A stretch of 40,340 nucleotides of DNA from a virus. Position 1 is the stretch's first letter. Every line of letters begins with the position of its first letter. The stretch lies in the UHGV virus genome UHGV-1357953. One strand, 5' to 3'. The position numbers and the translations under genes are program-made. The notes below the pieces were generated by a model, which saw only the letters and a program-made list of their open reading frames with translations, had not been told where the DNA came from and made no database searches. This document shows positions 8,609-16,499 of this stretch, one piece after another.

Positions 8609-8776
8609 ATGCACTTCCGAGTTACAGGTGAATGGAATGGAGAACCATTCAACAGAGTTATCGAAGCCGAGAACATCAACGACTGCTATGACCACTGGAT
8701 GATATGGGCGCAGATAGCACATGCAGACGTAACCAATATTCGAATTGAAGAAATGAAAGAACACCAAGCCGCCTGA
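8609..8776 (+). CDS. Small hypothetical protein (55 aa)
   Basis: ATG with GGAG RBS; stop inside the next terminator hairpin. Confidence 0.35.
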   Translation: MHFRVTGEWNGEPFNRVIEAENINDCYDHWMIWAQIAHADVTNIRIEEMKEHQAA

Positions 8777-8792
8777 TGGCGGTTTCTTTTTG
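8767..8792 (+). terminator. Intrinsic terminator
   Basis: ccgcc/ggcgg stem with tgat loop (contains the TGA stop) then tttctttttg. Confidence 0.55.
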
Positions 8793-8806
8793 CCTGGAGA
8801 ATTAAG

Positions 8807-8998
8807 ATGACCGATACCAGCCTGATTCCTGAGAAAGAAGTGATGAACAAGCTCGGTGTTTCATCACGTCAGACAATCTGGAACTATACCAAACGGCACG
8901 GATTTCCGAAGCCAGTCAGAACCCACCCCAAATCATACCTTCGTGAAGCTGTTGAAGGGTGGATTCTTAACGGTGGCGTTAACCAGAAATGTTCCTGA
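8807..8998 (+). CDS. AlpA-family excisionase-like HTH protein (63 aa)
   Basis: IPEKEVMNKLGVSSRQTIWNYTKRHGFPKP fits the AlpA/Xis pattern; last gene of the pL operon, 20-bp 3' overlap with int. Confidence 0.65.
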   Translation: MTDTSLIPEKEVMNKLGVSSRQTIWNYTKRHGFPKPVRTHPKSYLREAVEGWILNGGVNQKCS

Positions 8999-10157
8999 TG
9001 TGCCAGAACAATTTATCAGCGTGAAGCTCATACGCTTTGCGCTGAGCCTCTATCCAATCGTGTTTATTGTACACGGACATTATCCCGCCAAGTTCATGAC
9101 CGAGCATTCGCTCAGTAACATGAGGCTCGACATTCATCTCGGACAGACGTGTAACAAGCGTTCTTCTGAAATCATGTGTTCGCCAGTAACCTATATCCAT
9201 CCCTCCCCTTATTCTATTTACGAATCGGTTGGCTGCAGCGATGCTGATCGGTTTGTTTATGTCTTCTCCAGGGAAAAGAACATCATTGTACGTTGTCATG
9301 GCCTTTTCGAGGAAAGGCTTAATTTGTTCGAAGATTGGACGGCGGATAACATTACCCATCTTGCTATGCTCTTTCGGTACGGTCCATACGTTTTCCAGCA
9401 GGTCAAATTCTGTCTTTGTTGCCAGCCTAAGCTCTGAGAGCCTCGCCCCCCACAGCATAAGCATCTGATGAAGGAGCTTATTTGACGTAGACGCACGGCT
9501 TCTTTCAATAGCAATCCAAATCTTAGCCAGTTCGTGATACGACAGTACCCGATCCCCTACCTCAGCGCGGGAGCCGAAGTCCCTTGGCTGGATGCTCATA
9601 ATTGCGCAACTATCTATCAACTGACGCCGCATGCACCAACTAATTGCTGATCTTAGTTGACTTAGCACCTGCCTTGCTCGGCGTGGATTATCTTTTTCTT
9701 CTTCGGTAAGCAGGTCAACCCATTGCTTAACCGTGATAGAAGATGCCGGACGATTAGGGAAGGCGTCATGCATGCGCTTCATAACCGTTGATCGGTAAAG
9801 TGCCTGGGTCTTTTCTCTGAGAGTTGTAGAGACGTAGTTGTCGAACCAGTAGTCGAGACACTGGGCGACCGTCATGGAGTTCTCCACCTTCTCTTCAAAA
9901 TAGGTGCGTGGATCCGTTCCTGAGAAATAGAGCTTTCGCAAGTCAGCAGTGATCTGTCTGGCATCCTTCAAAGACAGGGATGGGTATCGACCAAGCCCAA
10001 GGCGATTAGGCTTGCCATGCCAGCGATAGCGGTACTGGAACTGGATGACCCCCTTCGGTGAAATTCGTACGCTGAGGCCATCTGCATCAGCCACTTCTTG
10101 TGGGCCCGAATATGGTTTACCATAAATAGTACGCAGTTTTGTGTCGCTTATAGCCAT
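8979..10157 (-). CDS. int: Tyrosine integrase (392 aa)
   Basis: N-terminal arm-binding-type domain, C-terminal catalytic region (..HDFRRT..LGHELGG..Y); adjacent to arm-type repeats. Confidence 0.9.
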   Translation of the reverse strand: MAISDTKLRTIYGKPYSGPQEVADADGLSVRISPKGVIQFQYRYRWHGKPNRLGLGRYPSLSLKDARQITADLRKLYFSGTDPRTYFEEKVENSMTVAQCLDYWFDNYVSTTLREKTQALYRSTVMKRMHDAFPNRPASSITVKQWVDLLTEEEKDNPRRARQVLSQLRSAISWCMRRQLIDSCAIMSIQPRDFGSRAEVGDRVLSYHELAKIWIAIERSRASTSNKLLHQMLMLWGARLSELRLATKTEFDLLENVWTVPKEHSKMGNVIRRPIFEQIKPFLEKAMTTYNDVLFPGEDINKPISIAAANRFVNRIRGGMDIGYWRTHDFRRTLVTRLSEMNVEPHVTERMLGHELGGIMSVYNKHDWIEAQRKAYELHADKLFWHIRNISG

Positions 10158-10159
10158 AA

Positions 10160-10470
10160 ATAATATTTGGTACGCTCAAAAATAATGGTTTGGTACACAT
10201 CTGGTACACAATATCACATGGACAACAGCGCACAGTAAACAACTATATTTGACGTTCGTAGACATACTCAGGTGAAAAAATGGTTGTTTTTCGAGTTATA
10301 ACAGACAGTTAATTAACTACAGTGGACAATGCTAGACAATGACAGACACAGATAAACAACCTACCTTCCTCTTTCACGATTACGCGCAACACCCCTGAGA
10401 ACCGCCATGAACAAGGGTTTCATGATTTGTGATTTTAGTTTGGTACGCAATTTGGTACACAACACAATTT
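10160..10470. other. attP region: five arm-type repeats TTTGGTAC(G/A)C (10167..10176, 10189..10198, 10202..10209, 10439..10448, 10451..10460) flanking a ~230-bp putative core
   Basis: Direct repeats clustered next to the int start; core not identified and no tRNA-like sequence found. Confidence 0.5.
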
Positions 10471-10690
10471 TCACTTCAGCGGGTAGTCATCAAACTCACC
10501 ATAACGCACTTCGTTGATGATGTACGTGATCACCAAAAATATCGCATCCGGACTAGTTCCATCTTCATGCGCAGGCATATGTTCATGCCTACCTGTCTGC
10601 AAACCAGTAATAAGCCATTACAGGGTGATAGTGATGCATCAACTACGTTAAGCGCAGAGAAATGATGCAGTGGTGGGCTGACTGGATTGA

Positions 10691-10712
10691 TGAAAAGGTG
10701 GAGTAATCCACC
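10691..10712 (-). terminator. Intrinsic terminator after the tailspike / membrane-protein operon
   Basis: ggtgga/tccacc hairpin followed on the minus strand by ttttca. Confidence 0.4.
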
Positions 10713-10800
10713 TTAACCACTATCGAAGAGAACAAAGCCTTGCAATCCAGTGCAAAGCTTTGTGTGTCTCAGTTTTGTTTCATCGGTAATTATGTGTTCG

Positions 10801-11088
10801 CTACGATGCAAGAATCCATACCAATAAGCATCCGATAATTGGGAAAGAAAAATCCAACAGACTTCCCACATCCCACACGCGCGGATCAAAACCGCCCCAC
10901 CACGGCATGTTGATACGTTTCCCTTTCCCAAACCTTTCTGTCCAGCGATATTCTGCCTGGGTGTGTTCACGCGCAATGAAGAACGTACAACCGGCTATCG
11001 CACCGTAAGCCCAGTTTCCGGTAAAAAGACCAATCAGTACCTGCGCAGCCACAGCACAAAACGCATGAAGGAAAGGTGTTATATCCAT
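10801..11088 (-). CDS. Small predicted membrane protein (95 aa) between attP and tailspike
   Basis: ATG 11088 with AGGAG RBS; two or three hydrophobic segments; the longer listed ORF overlaps the tailspike gene. Confidence 0.5.
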   Translation of the reverse strand: MDITPFLHAFCAVAAQVLIGLFTGNWAYGAIAGCTFFIAREHTQAEYRWTERFGKGKRINMPWWGGFDPRVWDVGSLLDFSFPIIGCLLVWILAS

Positions 11089-11122
11089 TATCGCTCCTTT
11101 AACATAAGGATAAATAAACACA

Positions 11123-13261
11123 TCATAAAATAGATTTCGTCTTTGTAACAATAACATCTACAAAATCGCCTGCAGATATAGCTGATGGTACTGTATCTGC
11201 AAGAGTAATCTTTCCTGAAGAGATGCTTTGCACATCTAATAATTTATTTTCAATCCCATCCGTATATACCAATTTGATATCACTGAGTGGAGGGTAATAA
11301 GTGATTGTTCCTTGGTATACATATATTTCACTACCTGAAATCGATTTCACTACATACCTGCCCCTTACAAGATTAATTTTGAGTTCAGATAAATCGGTTT
11401 TATAACAGGTAATTCCTGAACCAATGTTAGCCATACTAATATCAGTATCACTATAATAAGTAAGTGCTTTCCCTTGTTTTAAAGTAAAAGTATTTTTACT
11501 TTTCCTTGGTAAGGATGTGCTATTTTTGTAATATCTACCAGTAAAGCATAGCCATGAAAATGCAGTATTCACTACATTACCACCAGAATACACAGCTAAA
11601 CGAATTGCACTAACTGGAACCCCTTCATTATTAATCCTGATCTTAATGGAAGAAATATTAACAGCAGTGACATACCTATGGTTGGCAGAATCCCATTGCA
11701 TAGAAGAAGTTATGGCTTCTGTTTGTGAGGTTATGACATTCCCATCTCTATCTAATGCATACAGGTAAATGCGAAACGATGCCGTATCTGCTGAGAATGT
11801 AAACATATCACCATTTCTTACTGGTACATCTCCAGATTCCCATAACAACCCAAAATTCCGCATAAAAGCAAACTTAGAAGAAACCAGGTGACGGATATTA
11901 TATAAACCATCAACATCTGTTTGATATGCTAATGCACCAACTTCTCCATTGTTAGCACTGGATATAAATGGGGTGTTAGCATTTAAAGAAAACAATGTTA
12001 CTTCATCGGATATATTTTCCTGAATATGAAATACTGCATTCCCCTTGCCATTATCAGTTACCTCGACATAAGTGTAAGGCGATGGATTGTATGGCTCATT
12101 TGTATACGCAGGAGATGAAAGCCATGTAGCTTCAATTGAGTTATTCCACGTATATTCACCAAAGTTAATTATCAACTGTTGGTTAGTTGGGGATGATGGA
12201 TATCGTTCAAAACGAAACCCGTAGAAGTAATTGTTATCACCTCTTTGAATATCAATTTTACCTGCCCCCTCCATAGTTCCACCATAAAACTTATTGTGGT
12301 TATGATGATATGGATTATCAGCGAAAATGATATTATTCGTACGATTCAGATAAAAATAGTTTTCATTTATCCATCCTTTCTCAACTCCAAGAAAATGAAT
12401 TGTATCGACCTTTTTCAGGTTAAAGGTTGAGTATGCTATTGAATAATCCGTCGATGCCACCGAAGCATTATAATTTGCATATAACTGTAAGTAGTCGCAA
12501 CGCTCAATGTTTATATGCTGCCCTTTTGCCCCGATAATACGAATATCCGGTGTCGTTTCAGATGAAATACCAGAATTTCTGATAATCGTTCCGAAGTTTT
12601 GTCTTGGGTTGTTAGGGTTTGATGCATTCCCGCCAAGCAATACCCCTATTCCTGAGTGGGATATGGTAAAAACAGCATTGGTCATTTCGAGGCTGACATT
12701 ACGAAGATTTAATGTCGCCGTAATAATAAAATTACCTTCCGCTCGTAATGTTCTGGATGATTCTCGTGCATATTCTGCAGCCAAGATCAATGCAGATGTA
12801 TCATCTGTTATACCATCGCCTTTTGCCCCCCACCCTCTTACATCACAATCGTCCCTCCACCGAGATATCTGCAATTCAGGATATTTTTTAGCTCCATCCG
12901 GGTCTTCTAATTGCTGCCGTAGTTGATCAGGGTCATACTTCAGCACATTTGGAAAATAGAACTGCTGCGCACCACATGCATCATAAACAGCCATAGAATG
13001 GCCTTGCACAGTTACGAATTTGGCAATCTGTCCGTTATATACTGGATACCCAGCGGCATTGATGACGATTGGCTGTGCAACAGGAACGTGAGAACCATCT
13101 TCGTTCTCAACATAGACCTGAATCTGGTTATCAGGATTTACCGGGTCAGTGTCAATTTTACCGATATAAATTTTGCCATTAGCTACGGCTTTAAAAGAAC
13201 GCGCCATAGTGAAGAGTTGCGAAGGCATGCTCACTACAACATTGGCTGTAATGTCTGTCAT
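11123..13261 (-). CDS. Tailspike protein (712 aa): P22-type head-binding N-terminal domain, divergent receptor-binding body
   Basis: First ~110 residues ([42 protein letters not shown]) match P22 tailspike as recalled; remainder not recognised. Confidence 0.9.
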   Translation of the reverse strand: MTDITANVVVSMPSQLFTMARSFKAVANGKIYIGKIDTDPVNPDNQIQVYVENEDGSHVPVAQPIVINAAGYPVYNGQIAKFVTVQGHSMAVYDACGAQQFYFPNVLKYDPDQLRQQLEDPDGAKKYPELQISRWRDDCDVRGWGAKGDGITDDTSALILAAEYARESSRTLRAEGNFIITATLNLRNVSLEMTNAVFTISHSGIGVLLGGNASNPNNPRQNFGTIIRNSGISSETTPDIRIIGAKGQHINIERCDYLQLYANYNASVASTDYSIAYSTFNLKKVDTIHFLGVEKGWINENYFYLNRTNNIIFADNPYHHNHNKFYGGTMEGAGKIDIQRGDNNYFYGFRFERYPSSPTNQQLIINFGEYTWNNSIEATWLSSPAYTNEPYNPSPYTYVEVTDNGKGNAVFHIQENISDEVTLFSLNANTPFISSANNGEVGALAYQTDVDGLYNIRHLVSSKFAFMRNFGLLWESGDVPVRNGDMFTFSADTASFRIYLYALDRDGNVITSQTEAITSSMQWDSANHRYVTAVNISSIKIRINNEGVPVSAIRLAVYSGGNVVNTAFSWLCFTGRYYKNSTSLPRKSKNTFTLKQGKALTYYSDTDISMANIGSGITCYKTDLSELKINLVRGRYVVKSISGSEIYVYQGTITYYPPLSDIKLVYTDGIENKLLDVQSISSGKITLADTVPSAISAGDFVDVIVTKTKSIL

Positions 13262-13336
13262 TTAATTTGCTCCAGATACAAGGAATCGCCGCAGCATGGC
13301 TACGGCTGGTATTTGTTGCATACCGAAACGGTACGA

Positions 13337-13365
13337 TTGTTGATTTGTACAGTAGGTTTTACGAT
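13337..13365 (+). promoter_or_regulatory. Candidate mnt promoter: -35 TTGTTG, 17-bp spacer, -10 TACGAT
   Basis: Hexamers upstream of the Mnt-like gene in the divergent tailspike/mnt region. Confidence 0.3.
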
Positions 13366-13393
13366 GCCATTCCACCCATTTGGTGAGGCATTG

Positions 13394-13651
13394 ATGATGT
13401 ACAGCAAATACGATGAGGCGCAGTTCCACTTGAGGCTTACGCACGAGTTGCACGCCAAGATTAAGCAACGTGCAAAAATGAATAACAGGTCTATCAATTC
13501 CGAAATTGTGGCTACGATGGAAGAATCGCTCTCCAAACCATCACCTGTAAGCGGGTATCGTGATGAAGAAGAGAGGCTGGCCTCATTAATCTCGGAACGA
13601 GTAAAAGAAGTTGCGGCTGAAATTCTAAGGAAAGAAAAAACCCGCGATTAA
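13394..13651 (+). CDS. mnt: Mnt-like ribbon-helix-helix repressor (85 aa)
   Basis: FHLRLTHELHAKIKQRAKMNNRSINSEIVATMEESLSKPSPVSGYRDEEERLA aligns with P22 Mnt as recalled; the listed 242-aa ORF is an upstream extension. Confidence 0.7.
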   Translation: MMYSKYDEAQFHLRLTHELHAKIKQRAKMNNRSINSEIVATMEESLSKPSPVSGYRDEEERLASLISERVKEVAAEILRKEKTRD

Positions 13652-13668
13652 GCGGGTTTAGTTTTCAT
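13636..13668. terminator. Bidirectional intrinsic terminator between convergent mnt-like and antirepressor genes
   Basis: aacccgc/gcgggtt hairpin flanked by an A-run upstream and a T-run downstream. Confidence 0.55.
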
Positions 13669-13677
13669 TATAAAATG

Positions 13678-14406
13678 TTACGCCACATTTGAGCCATGTA
13701 GTAGGTGTTGTAGTGCTTTAACGCCTTCAGAATTGTAACGGAACGCCTCTACCTGTTTGCTGGAATGCGCCGATTTATCCAGGAAGAACTTCCCGTACTG
13801 CTCAGTTTTGAGGTTGTTTGCGTTAGCAATGCGACCAATCTTGTTGGCCGTTACTCCAAGCTGCTCTGCAACCTCCCCTGCTGAGTAGTAATGCTCTTCT
13901 ATTGCCGGAAGAGGTATTGCATTAAAACCAACGAGCGGGTTGATTATACTTGCTGCCGCTGTCTGCTTTGCCTCAGGCGCAAGATTTGGCATCAGATCGA
14001 ACAGATTGGTAACAGCTTCAACCGTCATTTTCAATGTTCGCGCTTGACGATACTCAACAAGTCCACTCGCTGATTTACCGCTTTTAATGTGCGCTTCTTG
14101 CATACTTTCAAGTTGGTCTACCAGTGAGCGGCGAACGGCTTTTGACTCGCGAGCGGCAACTCGCAATGCTTGCTTGATTGACATCTCAATGATAACCATC
14201 GAAGTTTTGTTCGCTTTTTGCACTACACTTTTTGTGTAGTGCTCTCCATCCAATTCATCTTCAATTTTCTCGATGAATTTGTTATTACGAACCTCCGGCT
14301 CACCGCACTGTCTACGAGCCTGATTTACCATCTCAAGAAGGCGCTGGCTGTCAATGGTTTTATCCGTGACAACGGATCCGATGTTTGCTACATTCTTAAA
14401 AGTCAT
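13678..14406 (-). CDS. Antirepressor-like protein with KilAC-type C-terminal region (242 aa)
   Basis: ATG 14406 with AAGGA RBS; C-terminal ..AGEVAEQLGVTANKIGRIANANNLKTEQYGKFF resembles the KilAC pattern. Confidence 0.55.
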   Translation of the reverse strand: MTFKNVANIGSVVTDKTIDSQRLLEMVNQARRQCGEPEVRNNKFIEKIEDELDGEHYTKSVVQKANKTSMVIIEMSIKQALRVAARESKAVRRSLVDQLESMQEAHIKSGKSASGLVEYRQARTLKMTVEAVTNLFDLMPNLAPEAKQTAAASIINPLVGFNAIPLPAIEEHYYSAGEVAEQLGVTANKIGRIANANNLKTEQYGKFFLDKSAHSSKQVEAFRYNSEGVKALQHLLHGSNVA

Positions 14407-14444
14407 TAGGCATTCCTTATGTGGTAGTAAGGGTGTGACATAGG

Positions 14445-14476
14445 CCGCCAGCAGCACACTGGCGGTTTTCTTTTTG
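14445..14476 (+). terminator. Plus-strand intrinsic terminator inside a minus-strand operon; candidate 3' end of a sar-like antisense RNA
   Basis: ccgccag/ctggcgg stem then ttttctttttg; no plus-strand CDS feeds it. Confidence 0.45.
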
Positions 14477-14494
14477 CGCCGTCCGGCGCACCAA

Positions 14495-15121
14495 TCAATG
14501 AATCCATTCCTCGCCGCGCAGTTTTGCCAGCATTGGCTGAGCGTTCTTTACGACAAAATTGTTGGTATCAAGATTCTTCATTTCACGAAGAAGTGATTTC
14601 TTGGTTTCTTCTGACATATAGCGAGTCTCATATGCGATATCGTAAATCCTTCCTGAAAGCTCAGAACAAATTTGCTTCATTCCTGGGTAGATGTGTTTGC
14701 ACATTTGTTGACTCTTCTCCATCCACAATTGTAAGTAGCAGAGATTAACCAGTTCTTCGTCAGTAAACTGTTTTGCAATCGGTGAGCATTCTGCCTGCCG
14801 ATCCAAAATATCCAGCACCCAGCGGCGGAACTCTTTGGCTACCGGAGTGCGAGCAAACATCGCGATTAGGTGGGCACCGCGTAGTGAGAAAACTCGCACT
14901 TTTTTGCGATAATTTCCTGAGGTACTCACTTCGAGTACCTGAGTCATTCCAGCGCTAAACTCATCGCTATACTTGTTATAAATCATTGTTACTGCACGAC
15001 TATTTGCGTATTTAAGTGCAGATGCAATATTAGATGATGTAAACCAAACACCATGCATATCACGGGTGGGCACCAACTCAACTCCGTGGAAGTTGTATTC
15101 TGATTTTGCTACAATATTCAT
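14495..15121 (-). CDS. ant: Antirepressor with Bro-N-like N-terminal domain (208 aa)
   Basis: NFHGVELVPTRDMHGVWFTSSNIASAL is Bro-N-like; ATG 15121 with AAGGA RBS. Confidence 0.6.
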   Translation of the reverse strand: MNIVAKSEYNFHGVELVPTRDMHGVWFTSSNIASALKYANSRAVTMIYNKYSDEFSAGMTQVLEVSTSGNYRKKVRVFSLRGAHLIAMFARTPVAKEFRRWVLDILDRQAECSPIAKQFTDEELVNLCYLQLWMEKSQQMCKHIYPGMKQICSELSGRIYDIAYETRYMSEETKKSLLREMKNLDTNNFVVKNAQPMLAKLRGEEWIH

Positions 15122-15194
15122 GTTAGTTTCCTTGCATACGGTTACTGACATAGAGGCCCGGTTTGTGTTCGCGCACTGCCGGGCTTCACTATTT

Positions 15195-15368
15195 TTATTG
15201 GATGACAACATCGCCCTTTGCCTCAAGTTTCATCAATAACTCCATTCGATAAGCTATCTCTGCCTGAATTGACCTATGGCATCTTTTTGCTGATTCGCGG
15301 ATATGTGAATCAACCTTTTCTGTAAAACGAACCTGACGCGGCTTGATGGAAGATATCTTTTCAGTCAT
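15195..15368 (-). CDS. Arc-like ribbon-helix-helix protein (57 aa), first gene of the antirepressor operon
   Basis: Hand-translated MTEKISSIKPRQVRFTEKVDSHIREASKRCHRSIQAEIAYRMELL; position equivalent to P22 arc. Confidence 0.45.
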   Translation of the reverse strand: MTEKISSIKPRQVRFTEKVDSHIRESAKRCHRSIQAEIAYRMELLMKLEAKGDVVIQ

Positions 15369-15467
15369 TATGCACTCCTGTTTTTAAAAAACTCATAATC
15401 TCACTTTTTGTAGTTTGATTATTCACTCACACTCAGTATGAGTCAATGAATTTTTTATGGTGAACTA

Positions 15468-16109
15468 ATGAATTTTGACGATCAATTCCCATCAAGAGTA
15501 TCTCTGGCAAGACAGTCCAGGGGTATGACGCAGGCGCAGTTGTCAAAATTAGCTGGTGTTGTTCAACGTCAAATAGCTGCATACGAGGGTGGTGAGGCTA
15601 AACCACGGCTTCGGGTATTGCAGGCATTAGCCAACGCATTAGGTACTACGGCTGAGTGGTTAGCTCTAGGTGAAGGTCAGGGTCCGGGAACAAAAAACGT
15701 CATGCCTGACGTTCTGGTAAAGCAAATACCAATCCTCAAACTAGATGAAGTTATGCATTACCTAAACACAGGTGAACATTCATCGTCTAGATTTCATCCG
15801 GCAATATACAATGTTGGTGACTCTGCATTTGCATTGACTATTGAAGGTGAAGCTATGACTACAAGTTCAGGTATTAGTTTTCCCAGAGGATCGGTTGTCA
15901 CGTTCAGCCCTCTAGTAAAAGCTAAAAGCAAAGATTATGTAATAGCATCATTGGATAAAGAACAAATATTGAGCTTCAAACAGGTTTACATTGGTGAAAT
16001 AGAGACAAACCTAGTATCCCTAAACCCAATGTATCCTAATATTCTTGTTAGAAATGAAGATGTTAGTATTTTGGCAACCGCAGTTTACCTTGAAATCCCG
16101 TTGCTTTGA
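15468..16109 (+). CDS. Second CI/LexA-type repressor (HTH plus S24-like domain) with the catalytic Ser replaced by Ala (EGEAM)
   Basis: N-terminal HTH (MTQAQLSKLAGVVQRQIAAYEGG); C-terminal S24-like fold; gct at 15850..15852 encodes Ala where the G-(D/N)-S-M nucleophile is expected. Confidence 0.75.
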   Translation: MNFDDQFPSRVSLARQSRGMTQAQLSKLAGVVQRQIAAYEGGEAKPRLRVLQALANALGTTAEWLALGEGQGPGTKNVMPDVLVKQIPILKLDEVMHYLNTGEHSSSRFHPAIYNVGDSAFALTIEGEAMTTSSGISFPRGSVVTFSPLVKAKSKDYVIASLDKEQILSFKQVYIGEIETNLVSLNPMYPNILVRNEDVSILATAVYLEIPLL

Positions 16110-16169
16110 TATCCTTTAGGAAGCGACACATTATCATCTGGTATCCTGCGCAAAACTAAGGAGGTTGGT

Positions 16170-16499
16170 GTGCTTGAATGGTTTCTGTTGGCTGCATTAG
16201 TCGTTTCTGGTTTGGTGTATGAGTATCGAATGCACTCTCTAACAAAAAAAATAGGAATTCTAGAAAACGAATATTGTGCTCTCAAATCCTCACTGGAACG
16301 TGAGCAAGGAGACTTAAAAATCTCTCTGTCTAGCATTGAGAGTTCTATAGAGAGCCTAGAGGATAAGGTTGATCGTATAAAGAATGAGGATATTCATGAT
16401 ATTAAGGACGACATATCCTTCTTAAAATCTTGGTTGAAAAATGTTGGTAAAATTGCCACATCAACACGAGATAAGCTCAATCCATCCATGGATGACTAA
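16170..16499 (+). CDS. Membrane-anchored coiled-coil protein (109 aa), GTG start
   Basis: TAAGGAGG RBS 5 nt before GTG; N-terminal TM helix then heptad-like repeats. Confidence 0.45.
   Translation: MLEWFLLAALVVSGLVYEYRMHSLTKKIGILENEYCALKSSLEREQGDLKISLSSIESSIESLEDKVDRIKNEDIHDIKDDISFLKSWLKNVGKIATSTRDKLNPSMDD

Noticed and set aside
8856-9437. Plus-strand ORF 8856..9437 and other ORFs antisense to int
   Set aside because: Overlap the integrase on the opposite strand, have no RBS and unremarkable composition.
10158-10800. tRNA gene or tRNA 3' fragment as the attP core
   Set aside because: No T-loop (GGTTCGAAT-type) or acceptor-stem signature on either strand; core identity left open.
10801-11157. 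Long 118-aa form of the membrane protein
   Set aside because: Non-ATG start overlapping the tailspike gene; the ATG at 11088 has an AGGAG RBS.
12245-13651. Plus-strand ORFs 12245..12430, 12507..12926 and 12923..13651
   Set aside because: Antisense to the tailspike gene; only the last 85 codons of 12923..13651 (the Mnt-like gene from 13394) are supported.
15369-15467. LexA (SOS) box in the divergent arc/repressor promoter region
   Set aside because: The AT-rich [22 protein letters not shown] present but no CTGT-N8-ACAG match was found.
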